Positions 60,004 through 64,000 of a stretch of DNA of 64,000 nucleotides are shown here, one piece after another. The stretch is from Alloascoidea hylecoeti. Taxonomy: Eukaryota. Under the pieces are notes generated by a model. That model did not search any database, was not told the DNA's origin, and saw only the letters and a program-made list of their open reading frames with translations. The first letter of the stretch is position 1; every line of letters starts with the position of its first letter. Both the position numbers and the translations under genes were made by a program. Location: the NCBI GenBank assembly GCA_001600815.1, contig BCKZ01000014.1:1-64000 (forward strand), written 5' to 3'.

Positions 60004-61482
60004 TTATAATTTAACAGGACTTCTTTTTAAAGTTTCTTCTTTAATCCTTCTACCTAAATCAGGATGAACTTTAGAAAACATTTCAAAAGTTTTATCTTGA
60101 ATTGAAGCATTTGCATTACATAAATGAACAGCAACATTATAAATAAAATGATCTTGTTGATTTGTTTGTCTACCTAAAACTTCCCATAATTTAGTTGCTT
60201 GTTTATAATCTTCATTTGTTATTGATACCATCCAATTATAAGAAATTGCTTTACCAATCCAAGTTTCATGATCTTCAGATTGTTTTATATTTTTTGCAAA
60301 ATTAATTGGAGTGTTTGATGCTAAATAATTTGGTTGATTTCCATAATTTCCATTTACTTGCATGGCACCATCTCTTTGAATTGGATTATGAACATGATAT
60401 GGACAATTTACAGGAATTTGTTGATAATTTGTACCTAATCGATGTCTATGAGTATCAGGATAAGAAAATAAACGAGATTGTAAAACAGGATCAGCACTTG
60501 GTTCTTGACCAGGAACAGTATGTGATGGTGAAAAAGCAGCTTGTTCAACTTCAGCAAAATAATTATTTGGATTTTCATTTAAAGTTAATTTACCAATTTG
60601 CCTCAATGGGAATTGATCATGTGGCCAAACTTTTGTTAAATCAAATACACTAAAAGGTAAAGATTCTGCTTGTTTTGAAGTCATTGTTTGAATATAAACA
60701 TTCCATGATGGAGAATCACCATTTTCAATTGATTTAAATAAATCTTGTTGAGCATGATCAGGATTTTCACCAGATAATTTAACAGCTTCATCATTTGATA
60801 AAGTTTTAATACCTTGATTTGTAATTAAATGAACTTGGACATAAAACCATTCACCTTTAGAGTTTGACCATTTATAAGTATGACCAGAATAACCATTCAT
60901 ATGTCTATATGAAGCTGGAGTACCTCTATCGCTAAATAATTGCATTACTTGATGAATTGATTCTTGATTATTATTTAAATAATCCCAAAACATATTCGAA
61001 TCTTTCAAATTTGTTTCAGGATTTCTTTTTTGTGTATGAATAAAATGTGGGAATTTTGAAGGATCTCTTAGGAAAAAAACAGGAGTATTATTATAAACCC
61101 AATCTAGATTGCCTTCTTCAGTATAAAGTTTGATTGCAAAACCACGAGGATCTCTTGCAGCATCAGCAGAACCTTTTTCCCCACCAACCGTTGAAAATCT
61201 AACAAAGGCTTTAGTTTTTTTGCCAATTGAAGAAAACATATCAGAACAGCAGATATCGGAAATATCATGGGTTGTTTCGAAATAGCCAAAAGCACCTGAA
61301 CCCTTTGCATGGACAACACGTTCGGGAATGCGTTCTCTATCGAAATGGGCTAAAGAATCGATTAAGTGGAAGTCTTGGAGTAGAAGAGGGCCATGCTTGC
61401 CAATTCTCTGGGTTGCGAAGGGATCGCTCATGGGCTTGCCATTTGAGGTGGTGTAGGTCTTTGAATCTGGATCCTTTGTCAT
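60004..61482 (-). CDS. CTA1: Peroxisomal catalase
   Basis: 492 aa; FDRERIPERVVHAKG and RLFSYPDTH signatures; C-terminal VKL. Confidence 0.97.
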   Translation of the reverse strand: MTKDPDSKTYTTSNGKPMSDPFATQRIGKHGPLLLQDFHLIDSLAHFDRERIPERVVHAKGSGAFGYFETTHDISDICCSDMFSSIGKKTKAFVRFSTVGGEKGSADAARDPRGFAIKLYTEEGNLDWVYNNTPVFFLRDPSKFPHFIHTQKRNPETNLKDSNMFWDYLNNNQESIHQVMQLFSDRGTPASYRHMNGYSGHTYKWSNSKGEWFYVQVHLITNQGIKTLSNDEAVKLSGENPDHAQQDLFKSIENGDSPSWNVYIQTMTSKQAESLPFSVFDLTKVWPHDQFPLRQIGKLTLNENPNNYFAEVEQAAFSPSHTVPGQEPSADPVLQSRLFSYPDTHRHRLGTNYQQIPVNCPYHVHNPIQRDGAMQVNGNYGNQPNYLASNTPINFAKNIKQSEDHETWIGKAISYNWMVSITNEDYKQATKLWEVLGRQTNQQDHFIYNVAVHLCNANASIQDKTFEMFSKVHPDLGRRIKEETLKRSPVKL

Positions 61483-61630
61483 GTTACTACTGGCTATAAG
61501 TATGTATATGTAGACACTATGGGATAGAATTAAAGGAAATATAGACTACTTATATAGCAAAGCTTGCTTACTTCCAGCTGATCTGGTTGGTTGGAGGGCT
61601 GGGCGCATAACTTCTCCGCATTTGGCAGTT

Positions 61631-62707
61631 TTAGGTTTCGGAGGTTTCGGGGATTTCCGGGGCCTGTTGTTTCTGTTGGCTTTTGAGCTTCGCTTTCTGC
61701 TTTTCGGCCGCCAAGCGCTGTTCCAGAATGTCCATCGCCATGGCTCTTCTCCTGTCCGCGGTCTTGTTCTTGGTGCCGGCCGGGGCGGCGGCCGTCCGGG
61801 CGGCCGTCCTGTTCTTGGCCCGCTCGTTGCCGGTCTGCACCTCCTCCGAGTCGAACGGCGTGCACAGCTTCACCGCGACGAGCACCTGGAACGCGGCGTT
61901 GGAAACGGGAGCCACCACTCTGCTTCCGACCGGCTCTCCAAAGAAGTTGGCTAGGCTGAAGTCGTCACTCGCGTCCCCCCGCACTTTCGTACTTCCTTCT
62001 TCGCTGGCACTCGCCAAAATGGGCTCGACGTACCCAACCTGGTAAAACCGAAGATACGTCCAACTCACGAAAAACCCACTCCATCCCTGGACAAATAGTC
62101 TGACACTTCCAAACACAATAGATGCCCCACTTATTAAAACTAGAAATAATACCGCCAAGTGTTTGACCCGAATCCTGATCAGTCCTTTGAACAGAACAAT
62201 CGAGTGTTCAGGGATTAACTGTTTAAATGCAACTAAATATCCAACATTGATCGATAGACATCCATCATAGGCAACTCCTTCGTCTTCTTTTTGGAAAAAC
62301 AACAATGATATAAATAATAATGATAAATTCGACAATACAATTAATAAAATTATAAATTTAATTGATTCGGATATACCCCAAACTCTTTCTGTATACCGAA
62401 CGCCATAAAAACATATAATTATTGTTATTAAATATCCTAATATGGTTGATTCAATTAATCCACTTGTTAGTATTGTCCAAAATGTATATTTAATTAAATT
62501 TGGGACCATTTGAAAAATTGGAACAATGATTTGATTAAATTCAATATTAGCTTCTTCTACATTTGAATTTGGATCCACTTGTGATGATGATACTTTAGAG
62601 TATGATGTTATTCGAATACAAAATACAATAATTGATAGTATTGTAATTATTGATAAGAAAAATCTAGTAACTGGTGGTACTGATGCTCTTGATGAGAAAA
62701 CTCCCAT
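61631..62707 (-). CDS. TMEM115 / DUF1751 rhomboid-like Golgi membrane protein
   Basis: 358 aa; YLVAFKQLIPEH, SWTYLRFYQ, GDASDDFSLANFF and ADRRRAMAMDILEQRL. Confidence 0.88.
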   Translation of the reverse strand: MGVFSSRASVPPVTRFFLSIITILSIIVFCIRITSYSKVSSSQVDPNSNVEEANIEFNQIIVPIFQMVPNLIKYTFWTILTSGLIESTILGYLITIIICFYGVRYTERVWGISESIKFIILLIVLSNLSLLFISLLFFQKEDEGVAYDGCLSINVGYLVAFKQLIPEHSIVLFKGLIRIRVKHLAVLFLVLISGASIVFGSVRLFVQGWSGFFVSWTYLRFYQVGYVEPILASASEEGSTKVRGDASDDFSLANFFGEPVGSRVVAPVSNAAFQVLVAVKLCTPFDSEEVQTGNERAKNRTAARTAAAPAGTKNKTADRRRAMAMDILEQRLAAEKQKAKLKSQQKQQAPEIPETSET

Positions 62708-62777
62708 TTTTCCTTGTTTTTTTTGCTTCTTGGGGGCTTGACTATACTCCTAAATAAAAATTAGTGTGTATCCCGGA

Positions 62778-62804
62778 CGGGTAGGGTAATCCATACTTAC
62801 CCGG
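62778..62804. promoter_or_regulatory. Inverted Reb1-like sites in a 154-bp bidirectional promoter
   Basis: CGGGTAGGGTAA...TTACCCGG between divergent ATGs at 62707 and 62862; TTACCCG is the Reb1 consensus. Confidence 0.45.
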
Positions 62805-62861
62805 CCTCGGCTTCTAATTATAAACCATGTTAAATATGTCATACACACAAATTATATATAA

Positions 62862-63534
62862 ATGACTTCTCCTTTAATTCCTGGAAACGCAGAAAAGAGA
62901 CCTTCAATTGTTGCAGATACTCCAACTAAAAGAGCAAGACGGAAAAACAGTGATGTTTCCTCTGATTTAATTCATGATCAATCACAATCAACAACACAAT
63001 TACAATTACCATTACCATTACAATCTCAATCAACAATTATGAATAATAATAATATAAATATGATAAATGATACAAATGAGGATAATCGATTAATCAATGG
63101 TTTTAATAAACAACAGGGGGCTTTATTAACTGAAGATCAAAAAAAAGTATGTATGGTTTGTTTTTTTTAAGAATGTTATTGGAAATAGCTTACTGATTTT
63201 AGGATTAGGCAAATCATATTGCTTCTGAAAAGAAAAGAAGACAAGCAATTAGAGAAGCTTTTAAAAGACTCGTTGATATAGTTCCGGATTTACAGGAACA
63301 TGAAGGACGTAGTGAAGCTACTGTTTTGAAAAAATGTAAGTAATGAAGTTTTAAGGGTTTTGTGAAAATTGGAGAACTAATATTATGAAATTAGCTGTGG
63401 TATATTTACGAGAATTACTTGATGAAAATACAAGATTAGCTGAAGAAGCAGAAAGAAGAAATTTAACAGTTCCAGCAGAAATGATTGTTGAAAGGAATTT
63501 GGATGTTGGAATTGATGTTGAAGAAGAAGATTAA
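62862..63534 (+). CDS. INO4: bHLH transcription factor, Ino4/Yas2-like (3 exons; introns 63147-63208, 63336-63394)
   Basis: Spliced LLTEDQKK-ANHIASEKKRRQAIREAFKRLVDIVP...RSEATVLKK-SVVYLRELL bHLH domain. Confidence 0.85.
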
Positions 63535-63756
63535 TTATAAATTTTATATAAATACCGGTAATTGTATTTTATTGTATTGTGTGTGTTCTTTTTGTTCTAA
63601 TTATAATTTTTGATGTTTTGATGTTTGATGTTTGAACTTTGCAGCCACGTTCGATTACTTTCCCTCATACAACCCAAACTCGAAATTAATCCATTTCAAA
63701 AACACTCTCTCTCATTTCATCTTTTTCATATGGTATAAAAAGGATAAATAAAAGAG

Positions 63757-64000
63757 ATGTCATCATTATCTTCACCATATCGACCAAGATCTAGAAAAAC
63801 TTCTCGCCTTTCAGGTTGCTTATCTGCTCCTTTTTCTTCAACCGCCCGTTCATTAATTTCAATGTCAAAAGTTAGAAAATGGATTTTAATTCCTATAATA
63901 ATTTTTGGAATTTTATCTTGGTTTTTTATTTGGGAAACTACATTTAATGATAATCAATTTTTAAAAAAATTATCAAATCAAAATGGAAATCAAAATGGAA
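63757..64000 (+). CDS. 5' part of a type II membrane protein (possibly a Golgi glycosyltransferase); truncated by window end
   Basis: Open frame from ATG 63757 to the end: basic N-terminus, WILIPIIIFGILSWFFIW transmembrane segment, then an N/Q/G-rich stem. Confidence 0.6.
   Translation, partial: MSSLSSPYRPRSRKTSRLSGCLSAPFSSTARSLISMSKVRKWILIPIIIFGILSWFFIWETTFNDNQFLKKLSNQNGNQNG

Noticed and set aside
61530..62045. Several overlapping 110-120-aa ORFs
   Set aside because: By-product of locally high GC (few stop codons) within the TMEM115-like gene.
62793..62803. U1 snRNA 5' end (ATACTTACC)
   Set aside because: No U1 stem-loops or Sm site follow, and an ATG lies ~60 bp downstream; better explained as a Reb1-like site.
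1..64000. tRNA, rRNA or CRISPR features
   Set aside because: GGTTCGA-like hits (~8332, ~55950) lack cloverleaf context; no rRNA or regularly spaced repeat-spacer arrays; the sequence is eukaryotic.

Overview
AT-rich eukaryotic DNA from a budding yeast-like fungus (Saccharomycotina by protein similarity; many ~50-80 nt GT-AG introns with relaxed CTAAC/TTAAC/CTAAT branch sites). The left part (1-29 kb) looks accessory or subtelomere-like: an SNG1-family pseudogene, THI5, an MFS vitamin/anion transporter, an AVT amino-acid transporter, a 2OG-Fe(II) dioxygenase, a GH125 mannosidase, a pipecolate/fructosyl-amino-acid oxidase, a broken NmrA-like gene, a delta-12/omega-3 desaturase, many MITE-like fold-backs and Tc1-type ends, and an intact stand-alone Ty1/copia Gag-like ORF. 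A compact housekeeping block follows (POP7, EMC4, TAN1, DUF3445, ANT1, an ING/PHD gene, HSH155). It contains a tandemly duplicated multi-hairpin element next to a decayed L1-like endonuclease. At 45.7-52.4 kb is a four-copy tandem family of unrecognised small glycine-zipper/amphipathic proteins with variable charged tails, the best candidate for an undescribed system. The right end holds PMP20/AHP1, a Tc1 transposase relic, SIS2/HAL3, a small metallothionein-like gene, catalase, a TMEM115-like gene with a sharp GC peak, INO4 and the start of a type II membrane protein. All family calls come from motif recognition by eye; no database search was run.
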